Of a stretch of 42,108 bases of DNA, positions 27,753-36,956 are shown in pieces (the first letter of the stretch is position 1; the number at the start of each line of letters is the position of its first letter). The notes beneath the pieces were generated by a model that saw nothing but the letters and a program-made list of their open reading frames with translations, was not told the origin of the DNA and searched no databases. The position numbers and the translations under genes are program-made. The DNA is from an uncultured Verrucomicrobiota bacterium (GTDB lineage Bacteria > Verrucomicrobiota > Verrucomicrobiia > Limisphaerales > JAJXZI01): positions 1-42,108 of the forward strand of contig CAINDV010001020.1 of the NCBI GenBank assembly GCA_903847485.1. Direction: 5' to 3'.

Positions 27753-28310
27753 TCATGGCGGGACGTGCGGGCAGTTTGGTGGCTTGTTCGCAAGGAGGGG
27801 GGCCGGCACCGCCGCCAACGCATGTTTCTGCCGCTGCTGTTTGAGCAGTTGCATCTGTTGATCTTGAAACTCCTGCGCCAGCGCCAGCAGCACGGCCGTG
27901 GACCAGGCGAAGCCCAGCAGGCCCGCCGTGGCGATCATACCTTCGAGCAACCGCCAGTTCAGGGGCAGGTTAAACGAGCTTCCCACCGTCGTGTATTCGT
28001 TCAGAGCGAAGTATCCGGCGGTGCTGAAATTGACGAAGCAATGTTTCCACTGGAAAAAGCCCGCCCACATTATGATTTCGACGATGTGGACTAACATGAT
28101 CAGCCAGCTTGCCAGGATGAGCTTGAACATACCAGCGGCGAACGCCGGTTGGTGCGCAAACCTGGCCTTGAAGGCGTTGCTGAAACGCAAGGTCCAAAGC
28201 ATACCGAAGCTGTGGATGCCCAAGGTGAGGGCGACCAGCACGACTCCCCAGATGATCTCCTCTATCCCTGCTACGTATTGCAATTCGATGACGGGACTGT
28301 TAGTTGACAT
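27753..28310 (-). CDS. Small potassium-channel-like membrane protein (Ion_trans_2 type) with an atypical filter
   Basis: HIVEIIMWA...YFALNEYTTVGS....P..WRLLEG.....GLL.FAWST layout. Start set at MSTNSP. Confidence 0.75.
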   Translation of the reverse strand: MSTNSPVIELQYVAGIEEIIWGVVLVALTLGIHSFGMLWTLRFSNAFKARFAHQPAFAAGMFKLILASWLIMLVHIVEIIMWAGFFQWKHCFVNFSTAGYFALNEYTTVGSSFNLPLNWRLLEGMIATAGLLGFAWSTAVLLALAQEFQDQQMQLLKQQRQKHALAAVPAPLLANKPPNCPHVPP

Positions 28311-28329
28311 GGTAAAACTAACGGTTGGC

Positions 28330-30912
28330 TCACGAGCGTGGAGCAGCCGTCCCGCTGGCCTCATTCGTCGGTGAAGCCGGCTCCTTGGCGTCGCTCCGGG
28401 GAATCACTTGGACGGGGATCGGCTTATCAGCCGTGAGACGCATGTCGCGCTGGGGGAAGGGGATGGCGATGCCGTTTTCGGCAAACGCGCCGGCAATCAT
28501 GTGGCGCAGGTCGCTGGCGATCTGCGCGGCGTTGTGCTTCACGACATCCACCCAGTAACGTAACTCGAACGTCAGGGCGCTGTCGCCGAACTCCATGAAG
28601 AGCATTTGCGGCTTCGGCTCCTTATTCACCAAGCCGTGACGTTCGGCCACCTCGCCGAGCAGTTGCACCACGCGGCGCGTATCGGAGCCATAAGCTACGC
28701 CGACAGTGACCGTGAACCGCACGGTGCGGTTAGAGTAGGTCCAGTTAGTCAGGTTGTTCTCCAGTAAGGCGCTGTTGGGTATTAGTGTCTCGGTGCCATC
28801 CCAGCGCTGGATCACGCTCGAACGGAGGCCAATCCCAGTGACTGTGCCGCGCTGGCCAACGACATCCAACACGTCCCCGACCCGGAACGGGCGCTCGAAT
28901 AGGATGATAATGCCACTGATGAAGTTCTTGAGTAGGTTCTGGGTGCCGAACCCCACGCCGATGGCCAGGGCGCCGCCGGCAAAGGCGAAGACGGTCAGCG
29001 GAATCTTAACCGAGACTAGGCTGAACGCGATCAAGCAGAGTAGCAGCACCACCCGCACCCAGCGGCGGATCAGGCTCGCTTGGTTCGGCTCAATCTTAAG
29101 CCGCTTTACCGCCAGCGGCTCGACCAGGCGCGCGACCAGTCCAGTAAGCCAATAGCCCACGACGAGAATGAGCACGGCCAGGGTTATCTTGCCCACGGTG
29201 ACGGGGCGTTTGCCGTAGATGGACTGGCCGTCCACGATGATCGTGTCCTCGGCCACGAACAGTTCAAAACGCCACAGCTTGGAGACGAAGGTGGAAGTCT
29301 CGGCGAATAGATCCTTCACCCGCCCGGTGAAGGGCAGCGCCTGACGGTCAAAGTCGAGTGCCTCCCGCCAGCGCGAGACTACTTGCTCACGCTTCTCCAG
29401 GTTTTGCAGCGCGCGCTGGTACAAAGCCTCCCGCTGCTGGTAGGTCTCCAACCGTTCCCGCGTCAAGGCCGGGTCCGCCGCGGCGTCGCCCTGGTTTTGC
29501 AGGCGATTCTGCTGTTCGGTGACCTGGCTGGCCGCGAGCTCAATCTGCTGCCGGTAGTACGGTTTGGCCGCCTGGATAAGTCCGCTCACGCGGGTTAGTC
29601 GCTGGTAGGCCCGTTGTAACTCGGCGAGATCGCGGCTGCCGAACACGGCCAGCCGCATCTGCCACATCTGGAGCTCGCCGCCCAGACTCTCGAAGAGTTG
29701 TCGTAACACGGTCAACCGCTGGATACTGGTCTGCGCTTGGAGACCCCGCACCTCCACCACTTCCTGGAGGTGAAGCAGGACAGCCGCATTAGTAGTCCCG
29801 GCGAACTGCTCTTGCAGGGCGTGGCGCAGGTGTTCCCGGGCCTCAGTCAAGGCCCGCTGGCACGCCTCGATATTGGTGTCCGCTGCCTGAACCTCTTGGT
29901 CAAGTCGGCGTTGTTCTCTGGCTAAGTTGTCCAGGACTTTGTCGAGGTGCGCCTGAGTAAAGGTAACCTGCTGGGCGGCCACAGCCAGTTGTCGCTTGGT
30001 GGCGGTCAAGCGCTGACTAACCTCAACCATCTCTTCGGTGGCGATCTGGCGCTTCGTTTCTAAGGACGCGAGCGAGGCAGCCGCCGTGCGCTGCCGCGCT
30101 TGCTCCAGTTCCCGCTGCCAGGCCAGACGTGCGACGAGGGTGGGATCTTTGGTCCCTTCCGATTGCTCGGCGAAGCGGCGGAGCTTTTCGTCGGACTCCT
30201 TCAGGGCCGCTTGCGCGTCGGCCAGGAACTCTTCGATCACGGTGCGCGTGATCTCGGCGGCTCTGACTTTGGCATTGAGGGATTGGAGGGCGTTCCGTAA
30301 GTCGTCCACTAATAAGACCGAATACGGCGGCGGCTCCGCGAAACCGGTCCAGGAGTTGACGGTGCTCGCAAGATCCTGCTGCCGCTGCCGGGCGGCCTCC
30401 AACGCGGCCAGGTCCTCCAGGTGAAGCTGGCAGGTGCGGACTAATCGTTGCAGCACGGAACGGTAATCTATGGCTTCCGGCACCGTGGCACCGGCCGGGA
30501 GGTTGCTGGAAGTGTTCTGGGCCGCCTGGGCACGGCTCAAGTCAGCCTGGGCTTCCGCGAGTTTGGCCCGCAGGCTGGCGGCTAGTTCACCCACTCCTAA
30601 GCTGACGCCGTTGGTGGCCAGGCGCGGCGTTACGTCGCCCGCCAGCAATCCGCCAGCACTAAGCCGGGCCGATTGCGCCACTGCGTTGCTGGCCAAAACC
30701 AGACAGCAGAGGAGGACGATGAAAAACCCGAAATCCGAAATCCGAAATCCGAAATCCGAAATGGCTTCCTGCCGTTGGTCGAAAGCTGCTCTTTCTGGAA
30801 GGCGACTTAGACAAAGTGATTCGGATTTCGGATTTCGGATTTCCTTCGGATTTCGGATTTCGGATTTCGGATTTTCCCCCTCTCCCCCGCCATTGTAAAT
30901 TCCGGTTCTCAT
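28330..30912 (-). CDS. MscS/MscK-family mechanosensitive channel with a long periplasmic coiled coil
   Basis: GALAIGVGFGTQNLLKNFISGIIILFERPFRVGD, IPNS, NWT, VGVAYGSD, FGDSAL and IPFPQRD motifs. Confidence 0.93.
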   Translation of the reverse strand: MRTGIYNGGGEGENPKSEIRNPKEIRNPKSESLCLSRLPERAAFDQRQEAISDFGFRISDFGFFIVLLCCLVLASNAVAQSARLSAGGLLAGDVTPRLATNGVSLGVGELAASLRAKLAEAQADLSRAQAAQNTSSNLPAGATVPEAIDYRSVLQRLVRTCQLHLEDLAALEAARQRQQDLASTVNSWTGFAEPPPYSVLLVDDLRNALQSLNAKVRAAEITRTVIEEFLADAQAALKESDEKLRRFAEQSEGTKDPTLVARLAWQRELEQARQRTAAASLASLETKRQIATEEMVEVSQRLTATKRQLAVAAQQVTFTQAHLDKVLDNLAREQRRLDQEVQAADTNIEACQRALTEAREHLRHALQEQFAGTTNAAVLLHLQEVVEVRGLQAQTSIQRLTVLRQLFESLGGELQMWQMRLAVFGSRDLAELQRAYQRLTRVSGLIQAAKPYYRQQIELAASQVTEQQNRLQNQGDAAADPALTRERLETYQQREALYQRALQNLEKREQVVSRWREALDFDRQALPFTGRVKDLFAETSTFVSKLWRFELFVAEDTIIVDGQSIYGKRPVTVGKITLAVLILVVGYWLTGLVARLVEPLAVKRLKIEPNQASLIRRWVRVVLLLCLIAFSLVSVKIPLTVFAFAGGALAIGVGFGTQNLLKNFISGIIILFERPFRVGDVLDVVGQRGTVTGIGLRSSVIQRWDGTETLIPNSALLENNLTNWTYSNRTVRFTVTVGVAYGSDTRRVVQLLGEVAERHGLVNKEPKPQMLFMEFGDSALTFELRYWVDVVKHNAAQIASDLRHMIAGAFAENGIAIPFPQRDMRLTADKPIPVQVIPRSDAKEPASPTNEASGTAAPRS
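30728..30875. repeat. Inverted arrays of the heptamer CCGAAAT/ATTTCGG inside the 5' end of the mscS ORF
   Basis: (CCGAAAT)x5 at 30728-30762 and ATTTCGG runs at ~30819-30875. Confidence 0.92.
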
Positions 30913-30922
30913 TCGCCCGGCC

Positions 30923-31065
30923 TCACTTCATGCCCTGCCTGACATCAATCAACAGTTGGTCCGCATAGTCTATCCGGATGAGGCCCAGGCGGGGGAACTC
31001 CAGATCGAGAATGACATAGATAGTAAGCGACATGATGAAGGCGAAGCCGAGGATGTGGAACCAAC
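30923..31065 (-). pseudogene. C-terminal remnant of a DUF4239-like membrane protein
   Basis: Hand translation: SWFHILGFAFIMSLTIYVILDLEFPRLGLIRIDYADQLLIDVRQGMK*. The 5' part is missing; the remnant begins at the 38-bp repeat. Confidence 0.7.
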
Positions 31066-31127
31066 TGAACTGCGGAGCGTCCAGAAAGCAAATTCCTATC
31101 AATAAAATTCAAATCGCTAAATGCTTG

Positions 31128-32171
31128 TCATATAAATTCGATTTCTTTACCCTGCCAGTAACTGGCGATACGTCCCATTTGGACGTAGGTTTCCATCCCC
31201 CCGCAGTGCACCCCGCGTGCCTCTATAAACTGCACGAGCGAACTGTCAGGCATACAAGTTCCTGAAGAATCAGATACAACCATTAAGGCTATCGGTGGTC
31301 TTCCGGCGGAAATGTCAGCATCAGCCATTGCCCGTAATGCCCCAAGAAGCGTAGCCTGATGTTCTATGCTTTCAGAGTATCTCGCTCCTAATACTCTTGG
31401 TCCTATATCCTCATAAAATGTTGGACTCCTTCCATTCACCTTCACATGTTCGACAAGAATAAGATATAAGATTTTCAGCCATTCGTTGGTGTCCTTATCG
31501 AAAGCATTCAAGCACACTTTAACGGTGGTTGAAGTCTCGGGATTTGAATCGGTTGGGTTGCGATTCTTATCAGAAGGTATTTCAAGATCACGAAGAGTTT
31601 CAATCTCGGATATTGAATATGATTTTCCACACCGGCAAATGGCGGCGTTTGATTTAAAATCAAAGTCATCAGATCTTATTCCGAGAGCATATTTTGATAA
31701 AAACGCTCTGTCCTCTGGAGACTGATAAGGTTGAATAGCAGAACGTGTATTCTTAAGATACAGTGTGCAATATGTCCTGCCACATTTGCATCTGAAGACG
31801 ACGTCCCTGCAATGCCTACAACGCACATACTCGCCAAGTGAAAAAGTCGCGGTAACATCCCATTCATGTCCATCCTTTTTGATCCCTCCGCAGAGACGAC
31901 ATATGCAGCCATTCCATTTGTGCCCTTCCTGACGAGTCTTGCCGCATTTCAAACATTTGCAACCTTCCCAAGAGTGAACAGCGGCCTGCATTTTGTCGCA
32001 TTTGGCGCACTTCTCGCAATCCTTGGAATAATCGTGGTTCTCGTCACGCGTCTTATTGCATATCCCACATTTGCAACCAGCCCACTCGTGGTCTTGATCG
32101 CGGTTCTTTCCACATACTGAACATTTGCAATCCGTCCATTTGTGGAATCCTAATTTGCATAACAGGCTCAT
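31128..32171 (-). CDS. Cys/His-rich protein with tandem HxWxxCKCxxC zinc-binding-like repeats
   Basis: MSLLCKLGFHKWTDCKCSVCGK, HEWAGCKCGIC, HSWEGCKCLKCGK and HKWNGCICRLCG. Low-GC codon usage. Confidence 0.8.
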   Translation of the reverse strand: MSLLCKLGFHKWTDCKCSVCGKNRDQDHEWAGCKCGICNKTRDENHDYSKDCEKCAKCDKMQAAVHSWEGCKCLKCGKTRQEGHKWNGCICRLCGGIKKDGHEWDVTATFSLGEYVRCRHCRDVVFRCKCGRTYCTLYLKNTRSAIQPYQSPEDRAFLSKYALGIRSDDFDFKSNAAICRCGKSYSISEIETLRDLEIPSDKNRNPTDSNPETSTTVKVCLNAFDKDTNEWLKILYLILVEHVKVNGRSPTFYEDIGPRVLGARYSESIEHQATLLGALRAMADADISAGRPPIALMVVSDSSGTCMPDSSLVQFIEARGVHCGGMETYVQMGRIASYWQGKEIEFI

Positions 32172-32192
32172 AGTTTTTTCCTTGTTTGTATA

Positions 32193-32306
32193 TTAATTCT
32201 CCACCGAGTGTATTCCACCTGTGCTGGCGCGGTTGGCGATGTTCATGTGTTCGGGATTGTTCGGATTAGCCTGCGAACAATTCATCAGGCACGCGCCACA
32301 GCGGGA
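32193..32306 (-). pseudogene. Diverged third copy of the ETF-QO C-terminal tail, including its stop codon
   Basis: RCGACLMNCSQANPNNPEHMNIANRASTGGIHSVEN* versus the intact gene's HCGACLWNCATAIPGEPDRMNIAFRAGTGGLHSAEN*. Confidence 0.88.
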
Positions 32307-32373
32307 AGTTGATTTAGACATTGCCGGATTTGGGTTTGTTTGCTGCTTTTTCGTATTCACGCAAAGTTTTTTC

Positions 32374-32487
32374 CTATTCCGCGATGCGTTCCTCGATTTG
32401 CCTGCGGTCGGCGAGGTGTTCGTCCATTTCCATTTTCGGAAACATGGACTCCGCGTAATACGGCAGATGGCCGGAGGTTTTATACAT
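32374..32487 (-). pseudogene. Short internal fragment resembling threonyl-tRNA synthetase
   Basis: MYKTSGHLPYYAESMFPKMEMDEH... matches the ThrRS L(W/Y)xTSGHxxxYxxxMF motif. Ends at TAG after 37 codons. Confidence 0.65.
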
Positions 32488-32545
32488 TTTGTCTTGGGCT
32501 GGTTTCTGGCGTTGAACTGAGGAGCATCCAGAAAGCAAATTCCTA

Positions 32546-33475
32546 TCAATGCTCTTGCTGGGTAGCCTCCGGCTCGGTCGGCTTACCCTGCTTCTCCTTG
32601 GCGGCTAAGAGTTGCTGCCACTTTTTCTTCCCGATCTTCTTCTCTTCTTCCTTCTCCGCGTGATGGTATTGGCGCGTGATGGCCTTGAGGTCCACGGTCG
32701 GTTTCGGGAACTTCATGTCCATCGCTTGCATCGTTTCCGCGACAATCTTCGCCACCGCGAGATTGCGGAACCACTTATTGTCCGCGGGGATGATGAACCA
32801 CGGCGCGTGCTTAGTGCTAGTCTGGCGGAGAAGGTCTTCGTAAGCCTCGGTGTAATCATCCCAGAACTCCCGCTCCGTATAGTCAGTCTCGCTGATCTTC
32901 CAATGACGGGCCGGGTCGTCCAGCCGTTGCTTGAAACGCGCGAGCTGTTCCTCCGGACTGATGTGGAGGAAGAACTTGAGGATGCGCGTGCCATTCGCCA
33001 CCAACCCTTGCTCAAAGTCATTGATCATCGCGAAACGCTTTCCCCAGACCTTGTCGGGAACCAACTTATGCACGCGAGTTACCAGCACGTCTTCGTAATG
33101 CGAGCGGTTGAAGATCACAACCTCGCCCCGCTTTGGCACCTGTTCTTCTATCCGCCAGAGAAAGTCATGCGCGGCCTCTTCTTTCGACGGTGCCTTGAAG
33201 CCGTGGACCCGCGCGCCCTGCGGATTCATCGCGCCAAGCACATGGTTAATAGTGCCATCCTTGCCGGCGGCGTCGAGCGCCTGCAGGCAGATGAGCAATG
33301 ACTGCTTGCCCTCGGCATAGAGCAGATACTGCAAGGCGCGTATTTCCCGGTCGAGTTTCTCGACTTCCTTAGCCGCCGATTTTTTGCGGTCGTGGTCCCC
33401 AGTGAAGTTGGGGTCAATCTTCTTCAAGCGGACCCGGCTGCCGGGCTTTACTTTCAATAGTTTAGTGTATTTCAT
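32546..33475 (-). CDS. ppk2: Polyphosphate kinase 2 family (class III-like polyP:nucleotide phosphotransferase)
   Basis: QALDAAGKDGTI, NPQG, HDFLWR, FNRSHYEDVL, KFFLHIS and APWFIIPADNKW. Confidence 0.95.
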   Translation of the reverse strand: MKYTKLLKVKPGSRVRLKKIDPNFTGDHDRKKSAAKEVEKLDREIRALQYLLYAEGKQSLLICLQALDAAGKDGTINHVLGAMNPQGARVHGFKAPSKEEAAHDFLWRIEEQVPKRGEVVIFNRSHYEDVLVTRVHKLVPDKVWGKRFAMINDFEQGLVANGTRILKFFLHISPEEQLARFKQRLDDPARHWKISETDYTEREFWDDYTEAYEDLLRQTSTKHAPWFIIPADNKWFRNLAVAKIVAETMQAMDMKFPKPTVDLKAITRQYHHAEKEEEKKIGKKKWQQLLAAKEKQGKPTEPEATQQEH

Positions 33476-33582
33476 GGTTGTAGAGTAGGATAGCCGGTCG
33501 TTTTGACCAGCTTAATTTGTGGTTTGTCGGCGGGCGACCGGGAGCGAGACTCGACCAACACCAGACCGCCGCCGGAAGCAAC

Positions 33583-33620
33583 GATTCGTCATTCGGATTT
33601 CGGACTTCATTCGTCATTCG
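33583..33620. repeat. Short TTCGTCA/TTCGGA heptamer-type repeat patch
   Basis: GATTCGTCATTCGGATTTCGGACTTCATTCGTCATTCG in the intergenic spacer. Confidence 0.6.
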
Positions 33621-33651
33621 CCTAGGAGTTTGGGCTGAATAGTCGGTTAGT

Positions 33652-36600
33652 TTAGTGAGCCGGCGTGGCGGGCGGGTTAGCTTCAGCGGGCTTGGCCCCC
33701 TCGTGTTTGCCGCCGCCCAGTTTCTCCACCACATAGAACGTGACCGGGATAAGGAAGATCGCTATGGCGCTGGCCGCCAACATACCGCCAATGACGGTGA
33801 AACCCATGACTTGCCGCGAGAGAGCGCCGGCCCCGCTCGCCTTGGCCAGCGGCACGCAACCCAGGATGAAGGCGAAGCTGGTCATCAAGATCGGACGCAA
33901 CCGCAGCCGGGCACCCTCCAGCGTGGCGTCCAACAGCGGTTTGCCTTGCTCATAACTCATCTTACAAAACTCAACGATGAGAATGGCGTTCTTAGCCGCC
34001 AGGCCGATGAGCATGACTAAGCCGATCTGGGCGTAGATGTTGTTCTCGTAGTGGCCGACCATGAGGGCGGCGAACGCGCCGAACACGGCGATAGGCGTGC
34101 CCAGCAGCACGCTGAACGGCAGGCTCCAGCTCTCGTATTGCGCCGCCAGGATCAGGAACACACACAGTAGCGAGAAGCCGAAGATAACCATCGGGGAGAT
34201 GCCTTCCTGCGCCTTCTTCTCCTGGTAACTCATGCCCATGTAGTCGTAACCCATTCCGTCCGGCATGGTCTGGGCGAAGACCTCTTCCAGCGCCTTCATG
34301 GCCTGCGCCGAGCTGTATCCGGGCCGAGCCGAAGCGTTGATCTGGGCGGACTCGTGGAGGTTGTAGCGCAGGGTAAACTCCGGGCCGATGGTGTTAGTGA
34401 CGCTGGTGACGGCGGCCAGCGGCACCATGTTACTGGCGTTGTTGAGGACATAGAACTGGCCCAGGTTCTGGGCGTCGTTGCGGTAATCGCCCTCGGCCTG
34501 CACATACACCTGCCACTGGCGACCGAAGCGGTTGAAGTAGTTCACAAACGCGCCGCCCATGAAGCATTGCATCGTCTGGTAGACGTCCTGAAGCCGCACG
34601 CCTTGCTGCAAGACTTGGTCGCGGTCCACGTCCACATACACCTGCGGCACCGACAGGAGCGCGGTGGTGAACACGCCGGCTAACTCGGGCCGCTTCTGCG
34701 CCGCCGCGATGAACTTAGTTAGATTAGGCACCAGAAACTCAACGCCCTTGCCCGAACGGTCTTCGAGGATGAAAGTCACGCCACCGGACGCGCCGACGCC
34801 GGGAATGGCCGGCGGCGGAAAGGCGAAACCCACCGCGCCGGGCAGCTTGCCGAACTCCCGGTTCAGATGCTCCTTGATGGCGATGTATTGTTCCTCGGGC
34901 TTCTTGCGCTCGTCCCACTTATCCAGTGTGATGAAGAAGAAGGCGCTGTAAGTGTTGTTGACGCCGCTTAACATGCTGAAACCAATGACTGAGGTGTAAT
35001 ACTTGATGCCCGGCGTCTGCTTGAGAATCTCCTCAGCCTGCCTTACCACCTCATCGGTGCGTTGGAGGGAGGCGGCATTGGGCAACTGCACGCCGGCAAA
35101 GACGTAGCCTTGGTCCTCATCCGGCAGGAAGCTCGCCGGCACTCTCTTTCCGAAGAACCCCGCCAGCACGGTCAACCCGACGAGCAGCAGCAGCGCGATG
35201 GCGCTCTTGTGGATCAGCACGCGACACAGGCCGACGTAACCGTCGGTGGCTTTGCCGAAGAGTTGGTTGAAGCCGTCATAGAACTTCTGGAGCAGCCCGG
35301 TGCCCTTGGCCTTGGGCCGGAGGAGCAGGGCGCACAGCGCAGGCGACAGGGTAAGGGCGTTGAACGCGGAGATCACGACGGACACCGCGATGGTCACCAC
35401 GAACTGTTGATAGAGTCGCCCAGTGATGCCGGGAATGAAGGCCGTGGGGACAAACACGGCCGCCAGAATGATAGCGATAGCCATGACCGGGCCGGAGACT
35501 TCCTGCATGGCCTTAAGCGTCGCGTCCTTGGGTGACAAGCCTCTCTCGATGTGATGCTCGACTGCTTCCACCACCACGATGGCGTCGTCCACCACTAACC
35601 CGATGGCGAGCACTAAGCCGAAGAGTGACAGCGTATTGATGGAGAAGCCGAACAGGGGGAATAGCGCGAAGGTGCCGATAAGTGACACCGGCACAGCGAG
35701 CAGCGGGATGAGTGTCGCCCGCCAGCCTTGGAGGAAGATGAAGACCACGATGATAACTAGCGCCAGCGCCTCCACGAGTGTCTTCTGGATTTCCTTCATG
35801 CCCTCCGTCACCGCCAGCGTGGTGTCCAGCGAGACTACATAGTCCATGTCCGGCGGGAAGCTCGCCTTAAGTTTCGCCATGAGCGCCTTGGCGTCGGCCG
35901 CAGCCTGGACGGCGTTGGAATCGGGAAGCTGGTAAAGCGCGACGAGTGCCGAAGACTTGCCGTTGAGCCGCGCCTTCATGCTGTAATTCTGCGCGCCCAG
36001 TTCGATGCGGGCCACGTCCTTCACCCGCACGATGGCCCCGCCCGGCGCGGCGCGCAGCACGATTTCGCCGAACTGTTCCGCCGTTTCCAGGCGGCCTTGC
36101 GCCCGCACCGCATAAGTGAATTCCTGCCCGCTGGGCACCGGCTCGCCACCTATCTGGCCGGCGGGGTTCACGTTGTTCTGGGCCTGGAGGGCGTTGATGA
36201 TTTCCGGCACCGTGATGCCCATTTGCGCCAACCTATCGGGCCGGACCCAGAGGCGGATGGCGTATTGCCCGGCACCGAAGACTTGGACGCTGGCGATGCC
36301 CGGCACGCGGGTCATCTGGTCGTTAATGTTGATGTAGGAATAGTTGGCTAGAAAGATACCGTCGTAGGTGTTGCTCGGCGAATAGAGCGCGAACATGATA
36401 AGTGGCGCGGCGGTGGACTTCTGGACGGTGACGCCTTGGTCAGTCACGGCGGAGGGTAGTTGCGAGTTAGCCTGGCTCTGCCGCATCTGCGCGAGGATCT
36501 GATCGGTGTTCGCGTCGGTCTTGACGTTGAAATCCACCACCAGCTTCATCGAGCCATTGTTGGCGTTCAGGGAATACATGTATTCCATGTTATCCACGCC

Positions 36601-36810
36601 GGACATCTGCTGCTCAATAGGCGTGGCCACCGACTGGTCCACGGTGACGGCGTCGGCACCGGGATAGCTGGCCTGCACCTGGATCTGCGGGTCGGCGATG
36701 TTAGGGAACTGTGCGATGGGCAGGCTGGACATCGCGACCAGGCCGATGATGACCATCAGGATGGCGATGACCATCGCGACGATGGGGCGGTTGATGAAGA
36801 ATTTGGCCAT
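33652..36810 (-). CDS. RND efflux permease (HAE1, AcrB/MexF-like)
   Basis: MAKFFINRPIVA, GLVLAIGLVVDDAIVVVE, GLAAKNAILIVE and RLRPILMTS. Confidence 0.97.
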   Translation of the reverse strand: MAKFFINRPIVAMVIAILMVIIGLVAMSSLPIAQFPNIADPQIQVQASYPGADAVTVDQSVATPIEQQMSGVDNMEYMYSLNANNGSMKLVVDFNVKTDANTDQILAQMRQSQANSQLPSAVTDQGVTVQKSTAAPLIMFALYSPSNTYDGIFLANYSYININDQMTRVPGIASVQVFGAGQYAIRLWVRPDRLAQMGITVPEIINALQAQNNVNPAGQIGGEPVPSGQEFTYAVRAQGRLETAEQFGEIVLRAAPGGAIVRVKDVARIELGAQNYSMKARLNGKSSALVALYQLPDSNAVQAAADAKALMAKLKASFPPDMDYVVSLDTTLAVTEGMKEIQKTLVEALALVIIVVFIFLQGWRATLIPLLAVPVSLIGTFALFPLFGFSINTLSLFGLVLAIGLVVDDAIVVVEAVEHHIERGLSPKDATLKAMQEVSGPVMAIAIILAAVFVPTAFIPGITGRLYQQFVVTIAVSVVISAFNALTLSPALCALLLRPKAKGTGLLQKFYDGFNQLFGKATDGYVGLCRVLIHKSAIALLLLVGLTVLAGFFGKRVPASFLPDEDQGYVFAGVQLPNAASLQRTDEVVRQAEEILKQTPGIKYYTSVIGFSMLSGVNNTYSAFFFITLDKWDERKKPEEQYIAIKEHLNREFGKLPGAVGFAFPPPAIPGVGASGGVTFILEDRSGKGVEFLVPNLTKFIAAAQKRPELAGVFTTALLSVPQVYVDVDRDQVLQQGVRLQDVYQTMQCFMGGAFVNYFNRFGRQWQVYVQAEGDYRNDAQNLGQFYVLNNASNMVPLAAVTSVTNTIGPEFTLRYNLHESAQINASARPGYSSAQAMKALEEVFAQTMPDGMGYDYMGMSYQEKKAQEGISPMVIFGFSLLCVFLILAAQYESWSLPFSVLLGTPIAVFGAFAALMVGHYENNIYAQIGLVMLIGLAAKNAILIVEFCKMSYEQGKPLLDATLEGARLRLRPILMTSFAFILGCVPLAKASGAGALSRQVMGFTVIGGMLAASAIAIFLIPVTFYVVEKLGGGKHEGAKPAEANPPATPAH

Positions 36811-36828
36811 AGGTCAGAGGGGTTGAGT

Positions 36829-36949
36829 AAATCCGAAACCCGAAATCCGAAATCCGAAAGCAGCCCGAAGCCCGAAGTCCGAAGCGGTGCCGGGTGTCAG
36901 GGCGGGTTGGGTTTCGTACTTCGGATTTCGAATTTCGAATTTCGGATTT
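36829..36949. repeat. Inverted CCGAAAT/ATTTCG heptamer arrays
   Basis: AAATCCGAAACCCGAAATCCGAAATCCGAAAG ... TTCGGATTTCGAATTTCGAATTTCGGATTT. Confidence 0.85.
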
Positions 36950-36956
36950 GTACCGG

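Larger units (their letters stand above)
31066..32550. mobile_element. AT-rich insert of ~1.4 kb bounded by a 38-bp direct repeat
   Basis: TGAACTG(C/A)GGAGC(G/A)TCCAGAAAGCAAATTCCTATCAAT at 31066-31103 and 32513-32550 (36/38). The interior is visibly more AT-rich than the flanks. Confidence 0.85.

Noticed and set aside
31066-31103. 38-bp repeat as a dif or attC site
   Set aside because: It has no XerC/XerD-like arms and no RYYYAAC...GTTRRRY palindromic structure.
32193-32549. 118-aa ORF as a genuine gene
   Set aside because: It is a patchwork of the 38-bp repeat, an out-of-frame ThrRS-like fragment and the ETF-QO tail.
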